The notes beneath the pieces are model-generated. The model ran no database searches and had not been told where the DNA came from. It was given only the letters and a program-made list of their open reading frames with translations. The position numbers and the translations under genes are program-made. A DNA stretch of 24,323 nucleotides from an uncultured Deinococcaceae bacterium (GTDB taxonomy: Bacteria; Deinococcota; Deinococci; Deinococcales; Deinococcaceae): contig CAXULY010000045.1 of the NCBI GenBank assembly GCA_964252075.1, forward strand, positions 1-24,323, in the 5' to 3' direction. Below are positions 15,931 through 24,196 of the stretch, piece after piece. How positions within the stretch are numbered: the first letter of the stretch is position 1; each line of letters opens with the position of its first letter.

Positions 15931-16115
15931 TCGAACTCCTTGGGGGTCCACGTGGCATGTGGGACCAGCGTGCCGCCCGCCAGCGCGACCTCCAGCTCGA
16001 AGTCATTAGGACTGAACTCGATGGAGCCGTACTCGCGGTCGGGCCAGTCGTACAGGACGTTGAAAACCATGAGGGCGTTTTCGCACGTCTTGATGTCGGA
16101 AGGGGAGAGGTTCAC
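15927..16115 (-). CDS. 62-aa acidic hypothetical protein
   Basis: Sits between co-oriented genes; its stop overlaps the next start. Confidence 0.55.
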   Translation of the reverse strand: MNLSPSDIKTCENALMVFNVLYDWPDREYGSIEFSPNDFELEVALAGGTLVPHATWTPKEFE

Positions 16116-16146
16116 GTCTGCTCTTCAAGACCAACGAAGCGGGCCG

Positions 16147-16662
16147 TCATCCCGACGCGTCCGTTTTGACATTCCGCAGGTTCGCCAACGCACGCGTTGT
16201 TGGTGCAATACGGCGGACTTCCCGTAGGACCGCCTCAACTTCGCGCCGAACTTGCCCTGAATTTGCCTTCTCAAAGCCTTCCGACACGTTCTCGGTCCAG
16301 GCGTCCCACCGCGAGTACAACTGAATGGGCCACCGCTCCAACACCACATGCGCGTAGTACGGCGACGTGGTGGCAGGCGCCGGGCCCACGCCCAAAATCC
16401 AGCCCTCGCCCACCGCCAAGAGGTCCTGGGGTCGCTCCTTCTTGTAGGCCTCCACAAACCCTTCGAAGTAGCCCCGCGCGAACGCTTCCCGGTCTGGCCA
16501 CGTTTCTACACAGGCCAGATGCAAGCCCGCGTCGCAGTACGGGTACAGGTGGTGCTCCGGCCCGAAGGCCACACCCGAGGTGGCCAGAAACGTCTTCTGG
16601 TCGTCCAGTGTTTGCCCGCAAATCGGGCACCTCGTCACCCCAGGGATCCAGAACGCGCACAT
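16147..16662 (-). CDS. 171-aa hypothetical protein with putative Zn site (CxxC...HxxC)
   Basis: GGAGG before ATG 16662; CPICG...YCDAGLHLACVETW. Confidence 0.7.
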   Translation of the reverse strand: MCAFWIPGVTRCPICGQTLDDQKTFLATSGVAFGPEHHLYPYCDAGLHLACVETWPDREAFARGYFEGFVEAYKKERPQDLLAVGEGWILGVGPAPATTSPYYAHVVLERWPIQLYSRWDAWTENVSEGFEKANSGQVRREVEAVLREVRRIAPTTRALANLRNVKTDASG

Positions 16663-17006
16663 GTGGCCCTCCGTCTGACCCGCCGTGGCGCGGCCGTACC
16701 GCACTTCACACTACCTCGCCACCACTCCGCCCTGCCGCCCGACTGGAGGCGATAGAGGAGAAGGTAGAGCGGATGCAGGCTCTTCCACCAGAGCGTGAAA
16801 CGCCTTCCGGCTGGCCCCACGAATTGTCGCCGCCCTAGAGGCCCCCTCGTGATGCTTGCGCCTGCAACCCGTCCACGCCCCCGACCGCAACCGCCTGTGA
16901 TGCCCGATAGACGGAAGGTGTGGGCGGCCCCCTCTTTACGGTGCGCTGTGTAAATAGCATAATCGGAGGGGGAGGTTATACGATCAGTGAAATTGACAAG
17001 AAATTG

Positions 17007-17270
17007 ATGGAGTTTGCCGTCGCCGCCAACATTGGTGGTTTGCACGTCCTGAACGAGCGGCGCCTATACGAAGCGATTGACCTGTTGGCCCGCACGGACA
17101 TGCATATAGATCAGGTTGGGGAGCACGTTTACAACCTCTTGACCAGCAATCCCAGTCGCCCGTGGAATCAAGGCCAAGCGCGCATCATTGTTCGGCGCGT
17201 GCATGAAGGTGTTGAGCTTCTACGACACGTTCGTCCAACCCCAGTGGATTCTGCCCGCCTCTCGGCGTAA
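17007..17270 (+). CDS. Lower-GC hypothetical protein; start uncertain (ATG 17007 or non-canonical 16980)
   Basis: Part of ORF 16920-17270; GGAGG at 16971-16975; hairpin follows the stop. Confidence 0.55.
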   Translation: MEFAVAANIGGLHVLNERRLYEAIDLLARTDMHIDQVGEHVYNLLTSNPSRPWNQGQARIIVRRVHEGVELLRHVRPTPVDSARLSA

Positions 17271-17283
17271 TAACGACAAAGCG

Positions 17284-17316
17284 TTCCCTCCCGACTGCCG
17301 AAGCAGGGAAGGGGGC
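17284..17316. terminator. Degenerate copy of the UUCG-capped terminator hairpin
   Basis: Shares ctgccgaagcagg with 17963-17975. Confidence 0.5.
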
Positions 17317-17424
17317 ATCTTTGCTCTCAGGTTGCAGATGGATTTACCCCTGCATCTACGTGGATACCGCCTTGAGGACGCAAACTTGGCGGCACTGTGC
17401 TGCGACAGCTTCTAGGCTGACTCC

Positions 17425-17946
17425 ATGACACTCCTCATCGTCGCTGTGGTCGTCCTGGTCATCGTCGCGGCACTCGCGACGGCACTCAAAGGCGGTCGGA
17501 AGTCAAGCGGAGCGAGTGTGCCGACCACACTGCCCGTGAAAGCCAAGGAGTACTTTTTCAGTCGCTCCGAAAATGCCTTCTTCACGGGTCTCGAGCGCGC
17601 CCTTGAGGGCACGCGGTACCGGGCGTTCCCCAACGTCCGCCTGAACGACCTGTTCAAGATCACCTCAAGCGAAAACCGCGGGGCCATCTACGCACGCCTG
17701 CGGGATAAGCACGTGGATTTCCTGCTCGTTGAGCTCCCCGACTACCGGCCTGTACTCGCCATCGAACTGGACGGGGCATCACATGACACCGAGAAGCAGC
17801 AGTACCGCGATGCGGTCAAGGACGTGGCGTTCAAGAGTGGGGGTCTGCTGTTGCTTCGCCTTGACGCTCGACAGGCGCACACATCGAGCAGCATTCGAGA
17901 AGTCCTGACCGCTCACCTCAAACTGACCCCCGTCCGCATCAAGTAA
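17425..17946 (+). CDS. DUF2726-domain membrane-anchored protein
   Basis: N-terminal transmembrane helix; SENAFFTGL, PNVRLNDL, KHVDFLL, LAIELDGASH, RDAVKD motifs. TAGGCT 6 nt before the ATG. Confidence 0.9.
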   Translation: MTLLIVAVVVLVIVAALATALKGGRKSSGASVPTTLPVKAKEYFFSRSENAFFTGLERALEGTRYRAFPNVRLNDLFKITSSENRGAIYARLRDKHVDFLLVELPDYRPVLAIELDGASHDTEKQQYRDAVKDVAFKSGGLLLLRLDARQAHTSSSIREVLTAHLKLTPVRIK

Positions 17947-17990
17947 AAAAAGCCCCCGTCCGCTGCCGAAGCAGGAACGGGGACTCTTCT
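17945..17990 (-). terminator. Rho-independent terminator (probably bidirectional) closing the prophage-like operon
   Basis: Minus strand agtccccgttcctgc-TTCG-gcagcggacgggggct-tttttt, with a C(UUCG)G loop. Confidence 0.8.
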
Positions 17991-18044
17991 GTGGTGCTGA
18001 TGCGAAACCGAAGTCAGCTTACTCCCTCAGCACGAACGCTCGCG

Positions 18045-18461
18045 CTAGAACCGTGTGGTGAAGGGCCCGAGCCCGCCGCGTATGTACTCCGCGACGCCGT
18101 GCGCCACTCCGCCCTCGGGTAGGCCGAAGGACTTCCCGCCTGGCACCTCCAGCCCAACGCCGAACGCGCACACCACGTCCAGCTGGTCGCGCGCGCACCG
18201 AGCATCATGCACGCGCAGATCTGTTCCCACGAGGGTGAGCTTGGTCAGCGTGGCCGCGCTCGCGCCCACGTCGAAGCACACCCGCGTGGGCGTGAGATGC
18301 CCCTCCGGCTCGGGCAGGCTGCATTTGGCGGCCGCCGTGAGGCGCAGGACGGCGGGCGTGGCGTCCGTGGGCGGCGGGGCGTCCGGCGGACTGGCGGCGG
18401 GCGCGCAGACCGCGAGCACCGCCCCCAGCAGCAGGCCCGCGAGCAGGCCGCGCCGCCTCAC
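18045..18461 (-). CDS. 138-aa exported/lipoprotein-like Cys-rich protein after the holin-like gene
   Basis: GTG overlaps the upstream TGA; signal peptide VRRRGLLAGLLLGAVLAVC (imperfect lipobox); two further fragments elsewhere in the window. Confidence 0.7.
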   Translation of the reverse strand: MRRRGLLAGLLLGAVLAVCAPAASPPDAPPPTDATPAVLRLTAAAKCSLPEPEGHLTPTRVCFDVGASAATLTKLTLVGTDLRVHDARCARDQLDVVCAFGVGLEVPGGKSFGLPEGGVAHGVAEYIRGGLGPFTTRF

Positions 18462-18844
18462 TCCACGCCGCCTTCCTGCAGCTCCGGCGCGTCCGTGACG
18501 GGCGCGTCCTCGCCGCCGGTGGCGATCAGCCACGCGTACCCCTTCTCGACCGCGACGTCGACCGCGCTCTTCTCGATGCCGTCCACGAACGGCAGGTCCA
18601 GGTACGCGCCCGCCACGGGGATGAGGTTGTCGTACTCCTCGACGGCCCCCAGCAGCACCTACTTGCCCCAGGCCTTCTTCTCCGGACCGGTCGCACCCGG
18701 CAGCGCCTGATTCGCCTTCTTGGCGATCCAGCGGCCCGCGTCCGTAAGGCTGCTCAGGGTGAGCTTCGTGCCGAGGATCTGCTTCAGGCGCTCCAGGGCG
18801 TTGCTGCTGTTGGTGGTGTTGGTGGTGTTGGTGTCGTTCGTCAT
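18458..18844 (-). pseudogene. Holin-like phage gene interrupted by an in-frame TAG
   Basis: ORFs 18659-18844 and 18458-18658 are in the same frame, separated only by TAG. GGAGG ribosome-binding site. PGATGPEKKAW resembles the G-x-E-K motif of LL-H-type holins (family call tentative). Confidence 0.6.
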
Positions 18845-18912
18845 GTGGCCCTCCTGATGGGCGCGCCCACAGGCCGGGCAGCCTGTGGGCGGTGAGGGGC
18901 GAGGGGCCGGCG

Positions 18913-19188
18913 TTAGACCTCGTGACGCTCGATGCGCGCCCGAATGTCCGCAATGAGTTCCTGGATGTCCGCGTGCAGCTCCGTTTCGCTGCCGTACTGG
19001 GCGACGTTGAAGCTCACGCGCGCGGCCTTCAGGTCGTGGTCGTAGTGAATGTCCTCCCGGATGGGGCTGGCGGTGTCGTCCACGCGGAAGCCAACCTTCC
19101 AGCCGTCCGGCAGGGCGCTGTGCTCTTCCGCGAGATGAATCTGATGCTGGGCGTCCTCAAGGTGCGTGCAGGCCTCCAGGCGTGACAC
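18913..19188 (-). CDS. ~91-aa acidic hypothetical protein
   Basis: Only the 3' end of ORF 18913-20340 has coding-like composition (LEDAQHQIHLAEEH...DIRARIERHEV); start uncertain. Confidence 0.55.
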   Translation of the reverse strand: MSRLEACTHLEDAQHQIHLAEEHSALPDGWKVGFRVDDTASPIREDIHYDHDLKAARVSFNVAQYGSETELHADIQELIADIRARIERHEV

Positions 19189-19306
19189 AAGGTGGGCAAA
19201 ACGGGAGTTCCCGTTTTGCCCTGGTCGAATTTGAAGCGCCCAGCAGGGCGCGGCTGACCTGGTGCAAGTTGCGGAACGGAAGGCGGCGATGGGGGAGAAT
19301 GCGTCC

Positions 19307-19531
19307 ATGGCTGAGCGCACCGACGCTGAACGCCTCATGGAAACGCAAGCGCTGGTGGACAAGCGCATGTACAGCACCGTCCGCAGTGCCCTTCGGGCCA
19401 GCGCCATGCGCGAAGGGCGCTGGGTGGACCTCCTTGGGCCTGAAGGCTCCGAGACCATCACGCCCATGCCCCGCGCCGACCAGCGAAGCAAGGAGCCCAT
19501 CAGGCTCTCCGAGCTCTGGAAAGACCTTTGA
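19307..19531 (+). CDS. 74-aa hypothetical protein, opposite orientation within the prophage-like module
   Basis: ATG 19307 with GAGAAT 6 nt upstream and GGGGAG; helical composition. Confidence 0.5.
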   Translation: MAERTDAERLMETQALVDKRMYSTVRSALRASAMREGRWVDLLGPEGSETITPMPRADQRSKEPIRLSELWKDL

Positions 19532-19562
19532 GTCCGCTTGCGTGTAAGCCCGCCGTGAAGGG

Positions 19563-21122
19563 CTACGGGCTGAGGCTGCTGCCAATCCGCACGCCGTCGG
19601 CGTGGGCCTGCGCGTACCAGTCGGCGATCAGCTGCGCGCCGCCGTCCATCACGCGCGCCACGCGCACGTTCCCCTCGTCCTTGCCGCCCCCCTTCTCGGC
19701 GTCCTTCGAGAGCTTGATCGGTGTGGGCGCGCTGCCGGGCGCGCCGGTGGCCAGCTGGTTGTCGAGGAACCGACTGCCGCCCCACACGTCCACCGCCTTG
19801 CCGTCCACGATCACGCGCGTCTTGCGGTAGTCCATGACCTGCAGGGCCGCGTCCGACCAGCTGTACCGCACGCCCGAGAAGTGCCGGTCGCACAGCGCCA
19901 TGAGGCAGCGCCGCATGGTCACGCGCCGCCCTGCCTGCTGCGAGAGGTACGCGCGCGCGCCGATGATTATGACTTCCTCCACCAGCACGTCGCTGCTGTT
20001 GTCCTCCAGCGCCGCGCGCGCGCCGTCCCCGATCAGGACGCCCGTGCTGCTGCACAGGGTCTTCGAGGGAAACTGCGGCCCCTCGCCCGACGCGATGCGG
20101 TTGCTCGGGTCGTAACTCGCGCTGACGCCCGGCACGTACGCCGGGTCCCACCCGCCCGCCACATGGAACAGGCACTTCAGGACGCGCGCCGGGTTCGCCG
20201 CCGTGCCGCCCGACCCGCCGAACATCGAGAGGCTGTCCTCGCTGCGGGACTTCCCCAGCTCGTTCAGGCTGATGCAGCGCTCGACCAGCACGCTGGAGCG
20301 CGGCAGGCCGTTCAGCTGCAGGAAGTTCGCCACGAACCACGCGAGGGTGGCGCCGGCGCTGTCCTTGAACTCCTGGATGTCGGTGTGCGTCTCGCCCCAG
20401 CCGCCGACGATGCGACCGCCCTTGCCGTCACTGGCCCGCCCGTCAATGTTCCACGCCTCGATGAAGCCAAACGCCAGCCGCGCGCCCTGCACGTGCTCGC
20501 CCAGCCACTGCCCGTTGCTGTGCGACAGGTAGAAGCCCCGCCCGTGCGCGCTGGAGGTGAAGTGCTCGACCACGCAGTGCACCACCTCCTGCGCGGCGAT
20601 CACGTGCCCAGGCGGGCGGCCGCGCAGCACCGGGTCGTCCACGTGCCCCCGGCTGTCGTACAGCTCGACCTTCACCCGGAAGCCGCCGATCAGGTCGCCG
20701 CTGCCCCACAGGCGCACGCGGCGCAGGACGAGGGTCGCGGTCTGCTCGGGCGTCTGACCGGTGCGGTACCCGACGCGCAGCAGCGTCGCCATGCTGGCCA
20801 GCATCAGCGGCGTGGCCTTGATGTTCACGTCGCTGAACTCCACCACGCTGCCGTCGTTGCGGGCGTTCGCGCGGTCGTACGCCGCCTGGATCTCCGCCGG
20901 GCCCACCCACTTCAGCGCCTCCGGCGCGCGCTCGCGGGGCAGGGCGCGCAGCTCCACGATGCGGCCCGTGCGCGCGTCGAGCACCAGCGCCAGGGGATCG
21001 TCGAGCGCGCACGGCTCCAGCCCGCCCGCCTCCGCGCGGCGGTAGGCGCGCTGCGGGTTCGGCTGGAGGACGTACGGCAAGACGCTGCCGGGCGGCGCGG
21101 GCTGCACGTAGAAGCGGTCCAT
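19563..21122 (-). CDS. 519-aa phage tail-spike-like, probably beta-helix protein
   Basis: Long GC3-rich ORF coupled by TGATG to the upstream gene; Gly/Asp/Val-rich short beta-strand pattern; context next to a tail-fibre-like gene. Function inferred. Confidence 0.6.
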   Translation of the reverse strand: MDRFYVQPAPPGSVLPYVLQPNPQRAYRRAEAGGLEPCALDDPLALVLDARTGRIVELRALPRERAPEALKWVGPAEIQAAYDRANARNDGSVVEFSDVNIKATPLMLASMATLLRVGYRTGQTPEQTATLVLRRVRLWGSGDLIGGFRVKVELYDSRGHVDDPVLRGRPPGHVIAAQEVVHCVVEHFTSSAHGRGFYLSHSNGQWLGEHVQGARLAFGFIEAWNIDGRASDGKGGRIVGGWGETHTDIQEFKDSAGATLAWFVANFLQLNGLPRSSVLVERCISLNELGKSRSEDSLSMFGGSGGTAANPARVLKCLFHVAGGWDPAYVPGVSASYDPSNRIASGEGPQFPSKTLCSSTGVLIGDGARAALEDNSSDVLVEEVIIIGARAYLSQQAGRRVTMRRCLMALCDRHFSGVRYSWSDAALQVMDYRKTRVIVDGKAVDVWGGSRFLDNQLATGAPGSAPTPIKLSKDAEKGGGKDEGNVRVARVMDGGAQLIADWYAQAHADGVRIGSSLSP

Positions 21123-22337
21123 CAGGCGCCCAGCGGCAGGTCAAGGGACCGGCTCAAGCCCAGCCGCACGACCTTCACGTACCCGGCCTCCAGGCCCGCC
21201 GCGACCTTCCCGGGCGTGAGGACGGCGCCCTGCACGCCCCGCACCTGCCAACCCGGGTCGGGCGCGCCCGCCGAGCGGAACTTCGCGCGCACCTTGCGCC
21301 CCGCGAGGGCGAGGCTCGCGCGGTACAGCGGGCCCGTCGTGAGCTTGATGGGGCAGACGAGCGGCGCGCCCTGCTCGTCGAGGTTGGGGGAGACCACACC
21401 GCTCACCACGGTGACCAGCGTGAGGCCTGTGGGGCTCAGCTGGAGCCCCACGCCGGTTTCCTTGCCGGGCGTGCCGGACGCGCGCCCAAGCAGCCAGATG
21501 TTGGTGAGCGGGCCGCCATCGTGCTTGAACACCAGCTCCCACGTGCCGTCCAGCGACCCGGCGGTGTCGTCCCGCGTGACGACGTGCAGGCCCTTGGAGG
21601 TGCCCGCGTTCAGGCGCGCGAAGAGGCCGGCAGGCAGCGTGGGGTCCTTGCCGACCAGCACGGGCGCCGCGAACGGCGCCCACGGTGCGCTGTACACACC
21701 CTTCAGGCCGTCCGCGTCTTCCGCCTTGTAGCTCGTGAACGTGTCCACCACGGGCGAGAGGGACGGGTCGAGCAGCACTTTGGGCTCGTGGTGCTCCAGC
21801 AGGATGTCCGTCGCGCTGAGCGCCACGCCGAGGTCCAGCAGCGCGCGCGTGGGGCTCGGCTGCACGTCGCTGGGCAGCGGCAGGCCCACCGCGCGCCAGT
21901 TCGGCGCGCCCGGCGCGGGCGGGTCGGTCGCGACGATGCGCTGTCCCGGCACCAGCCCGCCCGTCCGGAGTTCGCCGTCTGCGGTCTTGAAAAAGCGCGT
22001 GAGGGCGCCGCCCAGCTCGTCTGGCCACAGAGGGGCAGGGGCGTGAGCGCCGCGCGCCCGGGCACGACCGTGCAGGCGGTCGCGGGCGGCACCTGAGCGT
22101 GGTCGAGGTCCACGCCGCGCAGCAGGTACGGGTCGATGGGCGGCGCCGGTTCGCCCTGCAGCCACGCGAGGAACTCCTCGACGCTGCCGGCGTGCCCGGC
22201 GCCCAGCCACACCTGGTACGCGTTCGGGCCCTGGAGCCACCGGAGGAAGTCCTCTTCGGTCCCCACGTGCCCATTGGAGAGCCACACTTCATAGGCGCCG
22301 CGCGCGAAGCCCGGCGGGACGGTGCTGGGGCAGTCAT
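21122..22337 (-). pseudogene. Phage tail-fibre-like gene with SAY-type repeats and two apparent 1-nt deletions
   Basis: GGAG + ATG 22337 (MTAP); shift at the C-run 22327-22330 into GAYEVWLSNGHVGTEEDFLRWLQGP-NAYQVWLGAGHAGSVEEFLAWLQGE; second shift near 22030 into the frame of ORF 21122-22285 (LWPDELGGALTRFFK...). Confidence 0.65.
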
Positions 22338-22512
22338 GGGCGCTCCGCGAAAGCGCAGATGCACGGGGCGGTGCCCCACCCACTTGTCATTCCATTCCAG
22401 TCGTTCATGTGCTCCTTTGGCGCACATCGAAGCGCCAGGCGGTGCTGCTCGCCTGGCGCTGTTCGGGTGCGTGCGGTGAGCCTGCCGCATCCACAGCAGG
22501 CCGTGAGGAAGA

Positions 22513-23178
22513 TCAGAAATCCCGGATGGCGTACCCGAGGCCCCGGACCGTGCGCAGCACGTGGTACGCATTCACGTCCCGCAGTTTGTTCCTCAGGTTC
22601 GTCATGTGCACGTCGATCAGGTTGCTGGACAGCGGACGGCCCTGCCACACCTGCTCATTGAGCTCCTCGCGGCTCAGGACCACCCCTGGGCGGCGCATCA
22701 AGGCGTGCAGGAGGTGGAACTCCGTCTCTGAGAGGTGCAGTTCGGTCGTGCCGTGATACGCCACGCCGCGCACCGGGTGCAGGGTGATTGGCCCCGCGTG
22801 AAGAATCCGCTCGCGGTTGGGGCGGAGCTGCAGGCGAATGCGCGCCAGCAGCTCATCGATGTGGAACGGCTTGGTGACGTAGTCGTCGGCCCCCAGGTCC
22901 AGGAGGCGCACCTTGGTCATGAGGTCGTCGCGGGCGGTCAGCACGATGATCCGCACGGTGGACGTGGCGCGCAGGCGCTGCAGGATCTGGCGGCCGTCGA
23001 AGTCCGGGAGGCCGAGATCCAGCAGGATCAGGTCGGGGGTGTCCTCGCGCGCCTTCAGGAGTCCGGTCATGCCGGTGTCGGCCTGCAGGACGTCGTAGCC
23101 CACGTCAGTGAGTTCCAGGCGCAGGAGGGCCGCGATGTCGGGATCGTCTTCAATGGTCAGGATGTGTCCGACAGGCAT
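22513..23178 (-). CDS. OmpR/PhoB-family response regulator, DrRRA-like paralogue
   Basis: ILTIEDD, LILLDLGLPDFDG, LTARD, GADDYVTKPF, winged helix IDVHMTNLRNKL...RTVRGLGY. TATAGC 6 nt before ATG 23178. Confidence 0.95.
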   Translation of the reverse strand: MPVGHILTIEDDPDIAALLRLELTDVGYDVLQADTGMTGLLKAREDTPDLILLDLGLPDFDGRQILQRLRATSTVRIIVLTARDDLMTKVRLLDLGADDYVTKPFHIDELLARIRLQLRPNRERILHAGPITLHPVRGVAYHGTTELHLSETEFHLLHALMRRPGVVLSREELNEQVWQGRPLSSNLIDVHMTNLRNKLRDVNAYHVLRTVRGLGYAIRDF

Positions 23179-23345
23179 GCTGAGGCTATAGCATGCGTGC
23201 TGAACCGCTGGATGCCGCTCAACCTCAGACCGTGACAAGGCTGAGTCAATGTGCTGGGCACGGACCGTTTACGTGCGTTGAAGGCCCCGCTGAAGACATG
23301 TGTTGCGTTCAGCATGTGCTCGGCGACCACGTGTGAGTCAAAGAG

Positions 23346-23447
23346 GTGACGGCGTGCGGTTCTGAAGGGCGCGCGTCCACCTGGGCGGCGACTCTCCGCG
23401 CGATCTGCTCTTCATCCTGACCTTCATGGCCGTGCACCTCGATGGTG
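23346..23447 (-). repeat. Eroded ORF tail duplicated at 24197-24290
   Basis: Shared gtgacggcgtgcggt, cgcgcgtccacct and ccttcatggcc; translates TIEVHGHEGQDEEQIARRVAAQVDAR. Confidence 0.7.
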
Positions 23448-23453
23448 AGAAGG

Positions 23454-24119
23454 TCAGGTGCGCACGGCGTACCCGACGCCCCGCACGGTGCGCACCAAGC
23501 GGTACGCGTCGACGTCACGCAGCTTGCCGCGCAGGTTCGCGATGTGCACGTCCACCACGTTGCTGCCCTCCGACAGGCGCCCCTGCCACACCGCGTCCGC
23601 CAGCTCCCGGCGGCTCACGACCCGCCCGGGTTGCTGCATCAACGCCTCCAGGATAGCGAACTCCGTCGGGGACAGGCGCAACTCCGTCCCCTGGTGGTAC
23701 GCCAGGTGCTTCTGCGGGTCGAGGGTGAGGGGGCCGACCGTGAGGACCTCGCCTTCCTTCTGGCGCAGCTGCACCTGAATGCGCGCGAGCAGCTCATCCG
23801 GGTGGAAGGGCTTGATGACGTAATCGTCCGCGCCCAGACCCAGCAGCTGCACCTTCTCCTCCACGGTGTCGCGCGCGGTCAGCACGATGATGGGCACCGT
23901 GGAGGTCCGCCGCAAGCGCTTGAGGACCTCGGTGCCGTCGAAGTCCGGCAGGCCGAGGTCCAGCAGGATCACGGCAGGGCGTTCCTGGCGGGCGAGGGTC
24001 AAGCCGGTCATGCCGTTGTCCGCGTGTAGGACCTCGTAGCCCGCGTCGGTGAGGTCCAGCTGCAGGAGGTGCGCGATGTCCGGGTCGTCCTCGATGGTTA
24101 GAATCCGCATGAGGGACAT
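23454..24119 (-). CDS. OmpR/PhoB-family response regulator, DrRRA-like paralogue
   Basis: LTARDTVEEKVQLLGLGADDYVIKPFHPDELLARI and WQGRLSEGSNVVDVHIANLRGKLRD closely match D. radiodurans DR_2418 as recalled. ATG 24119 with TATAAG upstream. Confidence 0.95.
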   Translation of the reverse strand: MSLMRILTIEDDPDIAHLLQLDLTDAGYEVLHADNGMTGLTLARQERPAVILLDLGLPDFDGTEVLKRLRRTSTVPIIVLTARDTVEEKVQLLGLGADDYVIKPFHPDELLARIQVQLRQKEGEVLTVGPLTLDPQKHLAYHQGTELRLSPTEFAILEALMQQPGRVVSRRELADAVWQGRLSEGSNVVDVHIANLRGKLRDVDAYRLVRTVRGVGYAVRT

Positions 24120-24196
24120 GTCGAGGCTTATAGCACGCTCATCAGGCCTCATGTTGAACGGGGGCGATGCTGGTGACCCCAGGCAGAATGGGTGGC

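Noticed and set aside
18913..20340. 475-aa minus-strand ORF
   Set aside because: Mostly an alternative frame of the 519-aa gene; only the last ~91 codons look coding.
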